From assembly GCA_035765855.1 (NCBI GenBank), contig DASTWM010000095.1, forward strand, positions 1 through 38,973: a stretch of DNA of 38,973 nucleotides. Direction: 5' to 3'. Below the pieces are notes generated by a model. It was not told the DNA's origin, made no database searches, and saw only the letters and a program-made list of their open reading frames with translations. This DNA comes from Roseiflexaceae bacterium (lineage in GTDB: Bacteria; Chloroflexota; Chloroflexia; Chloroflexales; Roseiflexaceae). A program made the translations under genes and the position numbers. Shown here in pieces: positions 15,341-23,885 of the stretch (position 1 is the first letter of the stretch; every line of letters starts with the position of its first letter).

Positions 15341-18200
15341 CGAACCAACAACTGAAAGCATCACGAATCCTACCGTCACGACATCCGACGCCGAGCACTG
15401 GTCGTTCGGACTGAACTGGCTCAGCAGCATCGTCGGCCTGGTGCAGATCGTTGCATTGCGCATCTGGAGCAACCTGCGGCTCATGCTCGCTATCCTGGCT
15501 GGCATGATCGTCGCTGTCGCGCTCGTGAGCAGCATTCCGGTGTACGCCGAAGCGGTTGGCTACCGCGTTTTACGTGATGAGTACGCGCAGAACACGTTTG
15601 CGAATGTGCTGCGCTTCGATTTTTTGTACCGCTACCTCGGAGCGCAGGGCGGCCTCACGGTCGCGCAGTACAATAAACTGAACGATTATTTCAACCAGCA
15701 GGCACCCGGCACGATCGACCTGCCAGTGCTCATGCGCGGGCGCTACATTTCATCCGACAAGCGCTCGCTCATGCCACCCGGCGGCGATAGCCCGGCGGTC
15801 ACGTCGGTCAACCTGGCCTTCAGCGATGGACTGGCGGACCATATTCAGATCACAGATGGTGGCTGGCCGCGTACCACGTCAAGCGGCCCGATTGAAGTAT
15901 TAATGACGGGAGCGCTCGCCAGGCAACTCAAGGCAGTGGTCGGGCAGGAGTTTTTCGTCGTTGACTCGCAAGATAACCCGAGCGGCAATGGTGTTACCAT
16001 TCGCGTCGCGGGCATCTGGCAGCCGAAAAACCCTGCCGAGCCATTCTGGTTCTACTCGGAGATGAAAGCGGATACCGTTCTCTATGTTCCGCTGGAGAGT
16101 TATACCAGACGGCTGCTGACCCGCGAACCACGAATGATCACCGTCGCGTTGTGGTATCTCTCTGACGATGGCCGCGTTATTCGCTCGGCGGCGGTGCCTG
16201 CGGTGCAGGCGCACATCGACGAGGGCATCCGCGAGTTCGAGGCGCTGCTGCCCGGCGTGCAGTTAGATGTCTCGCCGGGCGGCGTGCTCGCGCGCCATCA
16301 GGAACGCGTGCAAAGCCTCACAACCTCGCTGACGCTGTTTAGCCTGCCGCTGCTTGGCCTGGTGGCCTATTTCGTGATCCTGGTTGCTGGCCTCGTCGTG
16401 CAGCGCCAGAGCAACGAGATCGCCGTGCTGCGCAGCCGTGGCGTGTCGCGGCTGCAAATCCTTGACATTTACCTGCTCGAAGGCGTGCTGCTCGGCCTGC
16501 TGGCGCTTGGCCCCGGCTTATTGCTCGGTCTCGGCGCGGCGCTGCTCATGACATGGGTACAATCCTTCCTGGTGCTCCAGCCGGTCAGCGATCTGCCGAT
16601 TGAATTGACGCCTGCGGCATGGCAGCGCGCCGGACAGGTGCTGCTGCTGCTGATCGTCGCCAGCCTGATTCCGGCGTTCGGCGCGGCCAACTACACGATT
16701 GTTTCGTACAAAAGCGCGCGCGACCGCCTGACACGCGGGCCGCTCTGGCAGCGCATGTGGCTCGATCTCATTCTGCTCGTCGTGGTCGCGTATGGGTTCT
16801 GGCAATTGACGCGCAATGGCACCGTGACGGTGTTCGGCGTCGAGGCAGCGACCGGCGATCCATTTACCAGCCCGCTGCTGCTGCTCGCGCCGACGCTGTA
16901 CATCGTGGTGCTTGGCATGGTCAGCCTGCGCATTTTCCCGATTGTCATCACGGCGCTCACATGGCTCTCGGATCGGCTGCGCGGCATTGTGGTGGTGACG
17001 GCGCTGCGCTATCTTGCCCGCACGTCGCGCGCCTACATCGGGCCGGTGCTGCTGCTCGTACTGACGCTCAGTTTGTCGATCTTCACCGCGTCCATGGCTG
17101 GCACGGTCGATCGCCAACTCTTTGATCAGATCTACTACGCCACTGGCGGCGACATGCCGATTACTGATCGTGGGCAGCCAGCCGACGGTGGGAAATTATC
17201 GTTTGTGCCGCTTGAGAAGTACGCGCAGATTCCGGGCGTCAACGGTCTAACGCAGGTGGTACAGAGTCCCGCCGAGGTGCCGATATCCAACGGCAGCGTT
17301 CAGGCACAGTTCCTCGGCATCGACCGGACGACCTTTGCCAGTGTCGCTCGGTGGCGACCCGACTATGCCGACGCGCCGCTCGATCAATTAATGCAGCGGC
17401 TCGCTTCTGCCCAACAAAACGTACTGATTAGCAGCGCGTTGCGCGACCAGCAGGGGCTACAGATTGGCGACCACATGACGCTGAAGTTGTACGGCGGCAC
17501 GGGCGGTTTCGATCTGCCGGTGGTCGTCGCGGGCGTCGTCAATCTTTTTCCAACCGTCTATCCCGAGGATGGCCCGTTCATTATCGGCAATCTGCCGTAT
17601 GTGTTCAGCAAAGCCGGCGGGCCGTACTCGTACGATGTCTGGCTGAAACTCAGCGACAATGCCGCGCGCACGGATGTGGAAACCGGGCTGCGCAACGCTG
17701 GCATTGATTTTATCGAGCGCGGCTACGCGCCCAAGGACATCGTGGCCGAGCGCGGGCGGCCCGAACGTCAGGGGCTGTTTGGGCTGCTCTCGGTCGGCTT
17801 TGTCGCGTCGGCCTTTCTGACGGTGCTCGGCTTCCTGTTTTACGCGGTGTTGTCGTTCCAGCGGCGCTTCATCGAATTTGGCATGCTGCGCGCGATTGGG
17901 CTATCATCACGGCAACTCGGCGCGCTGCTGGCATGCGAGCAGGCGCTGATCATTGGCATCGGCGCGCTTGCGGGAACGGTGATTGGCGTCAGCGCCAGCT
18001 ACCTGTTCATTCCATTCATGCAGGTGCGGGCGGAAAAGCATGCGCTGACGCCGCCATTTCTGGTCGAGATTGCATGGCTGCGCATTGCGATTATTTATGT
18101 CGTGTTCGGCGTCATGTTGCTGTGCGCCGTTTCGATTACCCTGCTGCTGCTACGCCGGATGAAGCTGTTCCAGGCCGTGAAGCTGGGCGAGACGGTGTAG
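15333..18200 (+). CDS. Large ABC transporter permease with two FtsX/MacB-type domains. It has ~10 transmembrane helices and large extracytoplasmic domains.
   Basis: There are two copies of the FtsX hallmark (EIAVLRSRGVSRLQI and FGMLRAIGLSSRQL), each followed by transmembrane bundles. A ~280-aa extracytoplasmic domain follows transmembrane helix 1. The ATG at 15333 overlaps the upstream TAG (ATGGCTAG), so it is translationally coupled to the lipoprotein. Confidence 0.85.
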   Translation: MASEPTTESITNPTVTTSDAEHWSFGLNWLSSIVGLVQIVALRIWSNLRLMLAILAGMIVAVALVSSIPVYAEAVGYRVLRDEYAQNTFANVLRFDFLYRYLGAQGGLTVAQYNKLNDYFNQQAPGTIDLPVLMRGRYISSDKRSLMPPGGDSPAVTSVNLAFSDGLADHIQITDGGWPRTTSSGPIEVLMTGALARQLKAVVGQEFFVVDSQDNPSGNGVTIRVAGIWQPKNPAEPFWFYSEMKADTVLYVPLESYTRRLLTREPRMITVALWYLSDDGRVIRSAAVPAVQAHIDEGIREFEALLPGVQLDVSPGGVLARHQERVQSLTTSLTLFSLPLLGLVAYFVILVAGLVVQRQSNEIAVLRSRGVSRLQILDIYLLEGVLLGLLALGPGLLLGLGAALLMTWVQSFLVLQPVSDLPIELTPAAWQRAGQVLLLLIVASLIPAFGAANYTIVSYKSARDRLTRGPLWQRMWLDLILLVVVAYGFWQLTRNGTVTVFGVEAATGDPFTSPLLLLAPTLYIVVLGMVSLRIFPIVITALTWLSDRLRGIVVVTALRYLARTSRAYIGPVLLLVLTLSLSIFTASMAGTVDRQLFDQIYYATGGDMPITDRGQPADGGKLSFVPLEKYAQIPGVNGLTQVVQSPAEVPISNGSVQAQFLGIDRTTFASVARWRPDYADAPLDQLMQRLASAQQNVLISSALRDQQGLQIGDHMTLKLYGGTGGFDLPVVVAGVVNLFPTVYPEDGPFIIGNLPYVFSKAGGPYSYDVWLKLSDNAARTDVETGLRNAGIDFIERGYAPKDIVAERGRPERQGLFGLLSVGFVASAFLTVLGFLFYAVLSFQRRFIEFGMLRAIGLSSRQLGALLACEQALIIGIGALAGTVIGVSASYLFIPFMQVRAEKHALTPPFLVEIAWLRIAIIYVVFGVMLLCAVSITLLLLRRMKLFQAVKLGETV

Positions 18201-18265
18201 CTGTGACGAAAGACATGCAGCAGATGGGACGCATCCTTGAAATAGCATCTTGTTAAAGGAATAGT

Positions 18266-19102
18266 ATGCAGATTGCAATCACCGGCGGCAGCGGGCGCAT
18301 TGGTCGCGCCGTTGCTGCGCTGGCGCGCGCGCAAGGACACCGCGTTGTCAGCATTGACCGCGTGCTTCCACCTGAGGATGCTGTGTCACCTGAGGTAACG
18401 TTTGTTGAATTGGATACGACCAATTACGACGGCTTTGTGCGGGCGTTAGACGGATGTGACGCGCTGATTCACCTGGCCGCTATTCCAGCGCCGGGGTTCC
18501 ATCCCGACCATGTCGTTCATAACAACAATGTGGTTGGCAGCTATAACGCGCTGCGCGCCGCAGCAGAGCAGGGCATCATGCGCGTGTGCCAGGCATCCAG
18601 TATCAACGCTACCGGCGCGGCCTTTAGCCGCTGGCCGCACTACGACTACTTTCCGCTCGACGAGCAGCACCCGACCTACAACGAAGATCCGTACAGCCTC
18701 TCGAAGTGGATTTGCGAGCAGCAGGGCGACTCGTTCGCGCGCCGCTACGAGGGCATGACCATCGCCAGCCTGCGCTTCCACGGTGTCATGCCGGCGCGCC
18801 CGTCAGCGGCATGGTTTGAACAATATCCTGAGGGCAAAGCAATTCTTACCAAACACCTGTGGGGCTACACACTGCTGGAGGCCGCCGCGCGGGCCTGCCT
18901 GGACGGGATCACTGCTGATTTCTCCGGCCACGAAGCGTTTTATATTGTCGCGCCAGATACCATGATGGAGACGCCATCGCGCAATCTGGCTCATGAGTTT
19001 TTCCCTGACGTTCCCATTCGCGGCGACTTGAGCGGTACGCAGGGGTTTTTCAACTGTGAAAAGGCCGAACGGCTGCTCGGCTGGCAGCATAACGCAGCAT
19101 AA
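18266..19102 (+). CDS. NAD-dependent epimerase/dehydratase family (extended SDR) protein
   Basis: It has the N-terminal Rossmann motif ITGGSGRIG and a YxxxK-type catalytic region. An AAAGGAA Shine-Dalgarno lies upstream. Confidence 0.85.
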   Translation: MQIAITGGSGRIGRAVAALARAQGHRVVSIDRVLPPEDAVSPEVTFVELDTTNYDGFVRALDGCDALIHLAAIPAPGFHPDHVVHNNNVVGSYNALRAAAEQGIMRVCQASSINATGAAFSRWPHYDYFPLDEQHPTYNEDPYSLSKWICEQQGDSFARRYEGMTIASLRFHGVMPARPSAAWFEQYPEGKAILTKHLWGYTLLEAAARACLDGITADFSGHEAFYIVAPDTMMETPSRNLAHEFFPDVPIRGDLSGTQGFFNCEKAERLLGWQHNAA

Positions 19103-19159
19103 AAGCTGCATGCGTGTTCCTGATTGGTTCAATCGTAGCGATAGATCAAAGGTTGTTGT

Positions 19160-20416
19160 ATGAAAATCACCAAAGTTCGTCCGATTCTGACCGCGCCCGA
19201 CGGTATCGCGCTCGTGATCGTCAAAGTTGAAACCGACCAGCCCGGCCTGTATGGGCTTGGCTGTGCCACGTTTACGCAACGCCCAACGCTGGTCGCCAAG
19301 GCGGTCGAGGAGTACCTTGATCCGCTGTTGCAGGGCCGCGACCCGCGCAACATCGAAGACCTGTGGCACATGATGTACGTCAATTCCTACTGGCGCAACG
19401 GCCCGGTGCTGAACAATGCGATCAGTGGCGTGGACACCGCGCTGTGGGACATCAAGGGCAAGGTCGCCAACATGCCGGTGTACGACCTGCTGGGCGGCAA
19501 GTGCCGCGAGGCGGCCATGGTCTACCGCCATGCCGACGGGCGCGAACCGCAGGAAGTGCTGGAGAACGTTATCAAGTACCAGGAACAGGGCTACCTGGCG
19601 GTGCGCTGCCAGATGGGCGGCTACGGCGGGCGCGTCAAGGACATCACGGCGGCCACGGCGGTGCCGAGCAAGGACGCGCCGCAGGCGACCCATCGCATGC
19701 AGATGATGGATCGGCTCAACAGCAATTTTCCGGGCGCGTACTACAACCCGGATGTCTACGCGCGCTCCATCCCGCCTATGTTCGATTACATTCGCTCCAA
19801 GATCGGCTTTGACCTGTTCCTGCTGCACGACATTCACGAGCGACTCGCGCCGATCGATGCCATCCGCATGGCCAAAGAGCTGGAGCCGTATCGCCTGTTC
19901 TTCCTTGAAGACCCGCTCGCGCCCGATCAGATCGAGTGGTTCCGCCGCCTGCGCGAGCAGTCCGCCACACCAATTGCCATGGGCGAACTGCACAACAACC
20001 CGCTGGAATGGCGACCACTGATTGCCGAGCAGTTGATTGATTTTGTCCGCGCCCACATCTCGCAGCTGGGCGGCCTTTCGCCAGCGCGCAAAATGGCATC
20101 GTTGTGCGAGTCGTTCGGCGTGCGCACCGCCTGGCACGGCCCGGGCGACACGTCGCCGGTCGGTCACGCGGCCAACCTGCACCTCGATCTGGCCTGCCAC
20201 AACTTCGGCATCCAGGAAGTGATCAACTTCAGCGAGGCGATTTACGAGGTCTTTCCCGGCACGCCCGAATTGCACGAAGGCCACCTGTGGGCCAACGACA
20301 AGCCCGGCCTGGGCATTGACATCAACGAGGAGGCCGCCGCGAAATACCCGATTACACTCAAGCCGATTGAGTGGACCCAGAGCCGCTGGCCCGACGGCAC
20401 AGTCTGGACGCCATAA
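19160..20416 (+). CDS. Enolase-superfamily D-mannonate/D-gluconate dehydratase family protein (ManD/RspA-like)
   Basis: The N-terminal capping domain (MKITKVRPILT..LVIVKVETDQPGLYGLGCATF) and barrel motifs are characteristic of the ManD/RspA subgroup. Its ~418-aa length is typical. Confidence 0.9.
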   Translation: MKITKVRPILTAPDGIALVIVKVETDQPGLYGLGCATFTQRPTLVAKAVEEYLDPLLQGRDPRNIEDLWHMMYVNSYWRNGPVLNNAISGVDTALWDIKGKVANMPVYDLLGGKCREAAMVYRHADGREPQEVLENVIKYQEQGYLAVRCQMGGYGGRVKDITAATAVPSKDAPQATHRMQMMDRLNSNFPGAYYNPDVYARSIPPMFDYIRSKIGFDLFLLHDIHERLAPIDAIRMAKELEPYRLFFLEDPLAPDQIEWFRRLREQSATPIAMGELHNNPLEWRPLIAEQLIDFVRAHISQLGGLSPARKMASLCESFGVRTAWHGPGDTSPVGHAANLHLDLACHNFGIQEVINFSEAIYEVFPGTPELHEGHLWANDKPGLGIDINEEAAAKYPITLKPIEWTQSRWPDGTVWTP

Positions 20417-20423
20417 CGCGCCG

Positions 20424-20798
20424 CTAGTCGCAGCATTGCTGAATAAACGCCAGCAGCCGATCAAGATCCAGAGGCTTTGGGAAATATTCCTCGGCATCGA
20501 TGGTCGGCTGCTGCACGATGCTGCGGTCGGCGGAAATGACGGCCACGGGAACGTTGGCGATGGCAGGATCGTGCTGCTGCTCCTGCCGAAACTCCCAGCC
20601 GGTCATCACCGGCATGTTCAGATCAAGCAACACGACGCGCGGTTGATCTGCCGCCGACCGCAGCAGATCAATCGCCTCGCGCCCGTTGGTTGCACAGACT
20701 GCATTGAAGCCCTCTTCTTCAAGAAACATGGTTAGCATATCACGAATAGCGTAATCATCATCGACCACCAGAACATTGTAAGATTGTGATGTGCTCAT
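20424..20798 (-). CDS. Single-domain (REC-only, CheY-like) response regulator
   Basis: It has the pattern VLVVDDD..LLDLNMP..T..FPKP. There is no output domain. An AAAGAGG Shine-Dalgarno lies within the kinase 3' end. I chose the start at MSTSQSY. Confidence 0.85.
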   Translation of the reverse strand: MSTSQSYNVLVVDDDYAIRDMLTMFLEEEGFNAVCATNGREAIDLLRSAADQPRVVLLDLNMPVMTGWEFRQEQQHDPAIANVPVAVISADRSIVQQPTIDAEEYFPKPLDLDRLLAFIQQCCD

Positions 20799-20808
20799 GC
20801 GCCCCAAA

Positions 20809-22662
20809 TCAGCCTCTTTCTGTTGTGTCGTGCTGCGCCGAAGAGAAAGGCAGCCTCGCCGCAGGCAGGTCTGTCTCGCTGGGCAGGTACACTCTGAACG
20901 TGCTGCCCTGCTCGGGCACGCTTTCAACTTGCACATGGCCGCCATGGTGGGCCACAATTTCATGCACTAAATACAGGCCAATGCCAAGCCCGCTAATCCG
21001 CTTTGGATCGACGTTTGAGGCCCGGTAGAATTGAGCAAAGAGCCGCGACTGCTCATTGAGCGGAATGCCGATGCCCTGATCGGTGATCGTCAGACGGATG
21101 TGTTCAGCCAATTGCTCCAGGCGAACGTCAACTATTCCTCCCATGGGGCTATATTTTACCGCATTGGTGAGCAGATTTTGCAGCACCTGCTCCATGCGCA
21201 TCTCGTCGCCTTTGAAGACAATCCCCGGCGCGATGGTAGCGTGAATGGTATGTCGATGCAATGTCAGCCCAAATTCATCCACCACACGCTGCACAAAGGC
21301 ACTGAAGTCGAACAGTTGCACGCTGAGCGTGAAATGGCCTAGCTGCAACCGCGAAACATCCAGCAACGTTTCAATTAAGGTGTTCAGGCGCTGGCCCTGC
21401 TCCTGAATAATGACAAGACTCCGCTGATCGCGTTCGGTGAGCACGCCATTGCGCATGGCGCGGCGCTCCAGAATCTGCGCATTGCCCAGCAGTGCGGTGA
21501 GCGGCGTGCGCAGCTCATGCGCGGCAATCGACAGAAAGACCTCGCGCATGTGAATGGCCTGCTGGGCGTCGCGGTAGAGTAGGTCATTCTCAATCGCGAG
21601 CGCGGCACGGTCGGCAAGATCCGTGGCAAACACAACATCGTCCTGCGTGTAGCTCACGCCATTGCGGTCGCGCGCAACAATCATGGTGCCGAGGAAACGT
21701 GCGCTACTCTGGATCGGCACAATCATCATGCTCACAACACCAAATTGTTCAAAGTACGGCCGGTATGCAGATTGACGTATGTTGCGCAGCAGTTCGTCTG
21801 GTATTTCAGCCAGTAGCAGCGATTGTCCAGCCTGCGCAACGCGGCCTTGCAAACCCTCGCCAAAGTGCAACCTCATGTCACTTATGACGGTGTGGAGCAG
21901 CTTCAGCGCCTCAGGATTGCGATGAAAACTGGCTATCGGCTTTAATGTCTGTTCATCGTCTGAGATCAGCGAGATCATGCAGACATCGCCCAGGAGCGTC
22001 GCAATTTGCTGTGCCACCGTGTCCAGCAAATCAGGAGCATGGAGGCTTTTCGCGGTGAACAGCCGGGACGCCTCGACCAGCATATGCAGGCGCGCTTCGG
22101 CCCGTTTGCGCTCGGAAATGTCTTCGATCACCGAGATAAAATAGTCGGGCGTTCCATCGGCGGCGCGCACCAGCGAGACGGTTAAGTTAATCCATATCAG
22201 CGAGCCGTTTTTGTGAATATAGCGCTTCTCCAGGCTATACTGATCAAGCTCATTGTTGAGCACCCGCCGCGCATACGCAAGATCTATTTCGAGGTCATCC
22301 GGGTAGGTAAGATCCTGGAACGTGCGGGTTGATAGTTCATCGCGAGAATAGCCGACAATATCACACAACTTTTGGTTGACCCGCAGCCATGATCCATCGG
22401 GAGCGACAAGCGAGAGTCCGACCGCCGCCTGGTTGAAGGTTGCCGCGAATCGCGCTTCGCTGGCCTGGAGCGCCGCCGCAATCTGTTGCCGCTCGTCCGA
22501 TGCGCCTTGCTCAACGCTGGTTGATTCCTGCTGATGCTGCACATGCGCGCGGTACGACTCAAAAAAGTTCAGCAGGCCGGGCTCTTGCTCTATCAGTGAG
22601 CGAAGATTATGTATACCAAAAGTGGCCTGTATTTCGGCAATAAGCTCATCGCTCGATTGCAT
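20809..22662 (-). CDS. Cytoplasmic sensor histidine kinase (PAS - GAF - HisKA - HATPase_c)
   Basis: It has no transmembrane segments. The PAS region is VGLSLVAPDGSWLRVNQKLCDIVGYSRDEL. The H-box is IAAHELRTPLTALLGNAQIL. The N/G boxes include LTNAVKYSPMGGIVDV and DQGIGIP. The start could be 22662 or 22725. Confidence 0.85.
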   Translation of the reverse strand: MQSSDELIAEIQATFGIHNLRSLIEQEPGLLNFFESYRAHVQHQQESTSVEQGASDERQQIAAALQASEARFAATFNQAAVGLSLVAPDGSWLRVNQKLCDIVGYSRDELSTRTFQDLTYPDDLEIDLAYARRVLNNELDQYSLEKRYIHKNGSLIWINLTVSLVRAADGTPDYFISVIEDISERKRAEARLHMLVEASRLFTAKSLHAPDLLDTVAQQIATLLGDVCMISLISDDEQTLKPIASFHRNPEALKLLHTVISDMRLHFGEGLQGRVAQAGQSLLLAEIPDELLRNIRQSAYRPYFEQFGVVSMMIVPIQSSARFLGTMIVARDRNGVSYTQDDVVFATDLADRAALAIENDLLYRDAQQAIHMREVFLSIAAHELRTPLTALLGNAQILERRAMRNGVLTERDQRSLVIIQEQGQRLNTLIETLLDVSRLQLGHFTLSVQLFDFSAFVQRVVDEFGLTLHRHTIHATIAPGIVFKGDEMRMEQVLQNLLTNAVKYSPMGGIVDVRLEQLAEHIRLTITDQGIGIPLNEQSRLFAQFYRASNVDPKRISGLGIGLYLVHEIVAHHGGHVQVESVPEQGSTFRVYLPSETDLPAARLPFSSAQHDTTERG

Positions 22663-22746
22663 CGCCCACACCTTTGTCCAACGTTTCTCTTTGAGGAGTT
22701 TGCTGTTTGCAGCTAAAGCATGCACATGAACACCTATAATGATATT

Positions 22747-22793
22747 GAAAGCGCCGTCACACCTGTTCTGGCGTATAGCTCTGACGGCGCTTC
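22747..22793 (-). terminator. Candidate terminator hairpin downstream of the aldo-keto reductase gene. The stem is AGCGCCGTCA/TGACGGCGCT with a 22-nt loop.
   Basis: Seen directly in the sequence. A U-rich stretch (UUUCAAUAUCAUUAU) follows on the minus-strand transcript. The loop is long, so this is only a moderate call. Confidence 0.35.
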
Positions 22794-22843
22794 ACAAACA
22801 CGCATTCTATGTGCAAAGTATATGAGGCGTGATTACGTACGTG

Positions 22844-23812
22844 TTACCATGCATATGCTTCTGGCGCGGGGCCGCCGGGGCCGGGCCAGATTTCGTCAAG
22901 TCGCTTCATCTGTTCGTCGGACAAGGTGATTTCGACCGCGCGCAGGCTGTTCTCGAACTGCTCCATGGTGCGCGGGCCGATGATCGGCGCAGTGACATCG
23001 GGGTTGTGCAGCAGCCATGCCAGCGCGACGTCGGCGGGCTGTTCGCCCATGTCGCGGCAGAAGTTTTCGTAGGCTTCCAGCTTCGGGCGATTTTCCTCGA
23101 CGGTCTTCTGCATGCGCTCGTTCGAGCGACGGCCTTCGCTGGCTTTCTGGAGCGCGCCGCCCAGCAGACCGCCACCCAGCGGGCTCCACGGAATCACGCC
23201 CAGGCCGTAGGCATGGCAGGCCGGAATCACTTCCAGTTCGATCATGCGGGCGTTGAGATTGTACAGGCTTTGCTCCGACACCAGCCCCATGAAATGACGT
23301 GCTTTGGCCGCCTCGTTGGCCTGCGCGATGTGCCAGCCGGCGAAGTTGCTGCTGCCGACGTACAGCACCTTGCCTTCGCGCACAAGCTGCTCCATGGCCT
23401 GCCAGATCTCTTCCCATGGTGTGCCGCGATCAACATGGTGCATCTGGTACAGGTCGATGTGGTCGGTCTGCAAGCGGCGCAGGCTGTCCTCGCAGGCCTT
23501 GCGGATGTGGTACGCGGAAAGGCCGCGGTCGTTCTGACCTTCGCCCATCGCGCCGAAAACCTTGGTCGCCAGCACGATCCGTTCGCGTCGCCCGCCCTGC
23601 TTGAGCCAGCGCCCAATGATTTCCTCAGTTGCGCCATGGCCCTTGTCGCCGCCGTAGCGGTTCGCGGTGTCAAAGAAATTGACGCCGCGCTCCAGCGCCT
23701 GATCCATGATCGCGAAGCTGTCCGGCTCGCTGGTCTGCGGGCCAAAATTCATCGTTCCAAGGCACAGGCGGCTGACTCTCAATCCGGTTCGTCCAAGATG
23801 TGTGTACTGCAC
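22844..23812 (-). CDS. Aldo/keto reductase family oxidoreductase
   Basis: The N-terminus (M)QYTHLGRTGLRVSRLCLGTMNFG matches the aldo-keto reductase start consensus. I chose the GTG start at 23812 because AGGAGG lies 6 nt upstream. The six-frame ORF starts at 23830. Confidence 0.85.
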   Translation of the reverse strand: MQYTHLGRTGLRVSRLCLGTMNFGPQTSEPDSFAIMDQALERGVNFFDTANRYGGDKGHGATEEIIGRWLKQGGRRERIVLATKVFGAMGEGQNDRGLSAYHIRKACEDSLRRLQTDHIDLYQMHHVDRGTPWEEIWQAMEQLVREGKVLYVGSSNFAGWHIAQANEAAKARHFMGLVSEQSLYNLNARMIELEVIPACHAYGLGVIPWSPLGGGLLGGALQKASEGRRSNERMQKTVEENRPKLEAYENFCRDMGEQPADVALAWLLHNPDVTAPIIGPRTMEQFENSLRAVEITLSDEQMKRLDEIWPGPGGPAPEAYAW

Positions 23813-23885
23813 GGTGTTCCTCCTTGACATGCGTTTCCAGAAAGCACATGTTACACAGATCGATCCACCGCAGCACGCAACTGCA

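Noticed and set aside
18803-20497. 564-aa ORF antisense to the ManD dehydratase gene
   Set aside because: It has no recognisable domains. It lies entirely opposite a well-supported CDS. Long stop-free antisense frames are expected at ~60-65% GC with strong GC3 bias.
22829-23827. 332-aa plus-strand ORF antisense to the aldo-keto reductase
   Set aside because: Same reasoning. The minus-strand gene has the full aldo-keto reductase motif set.
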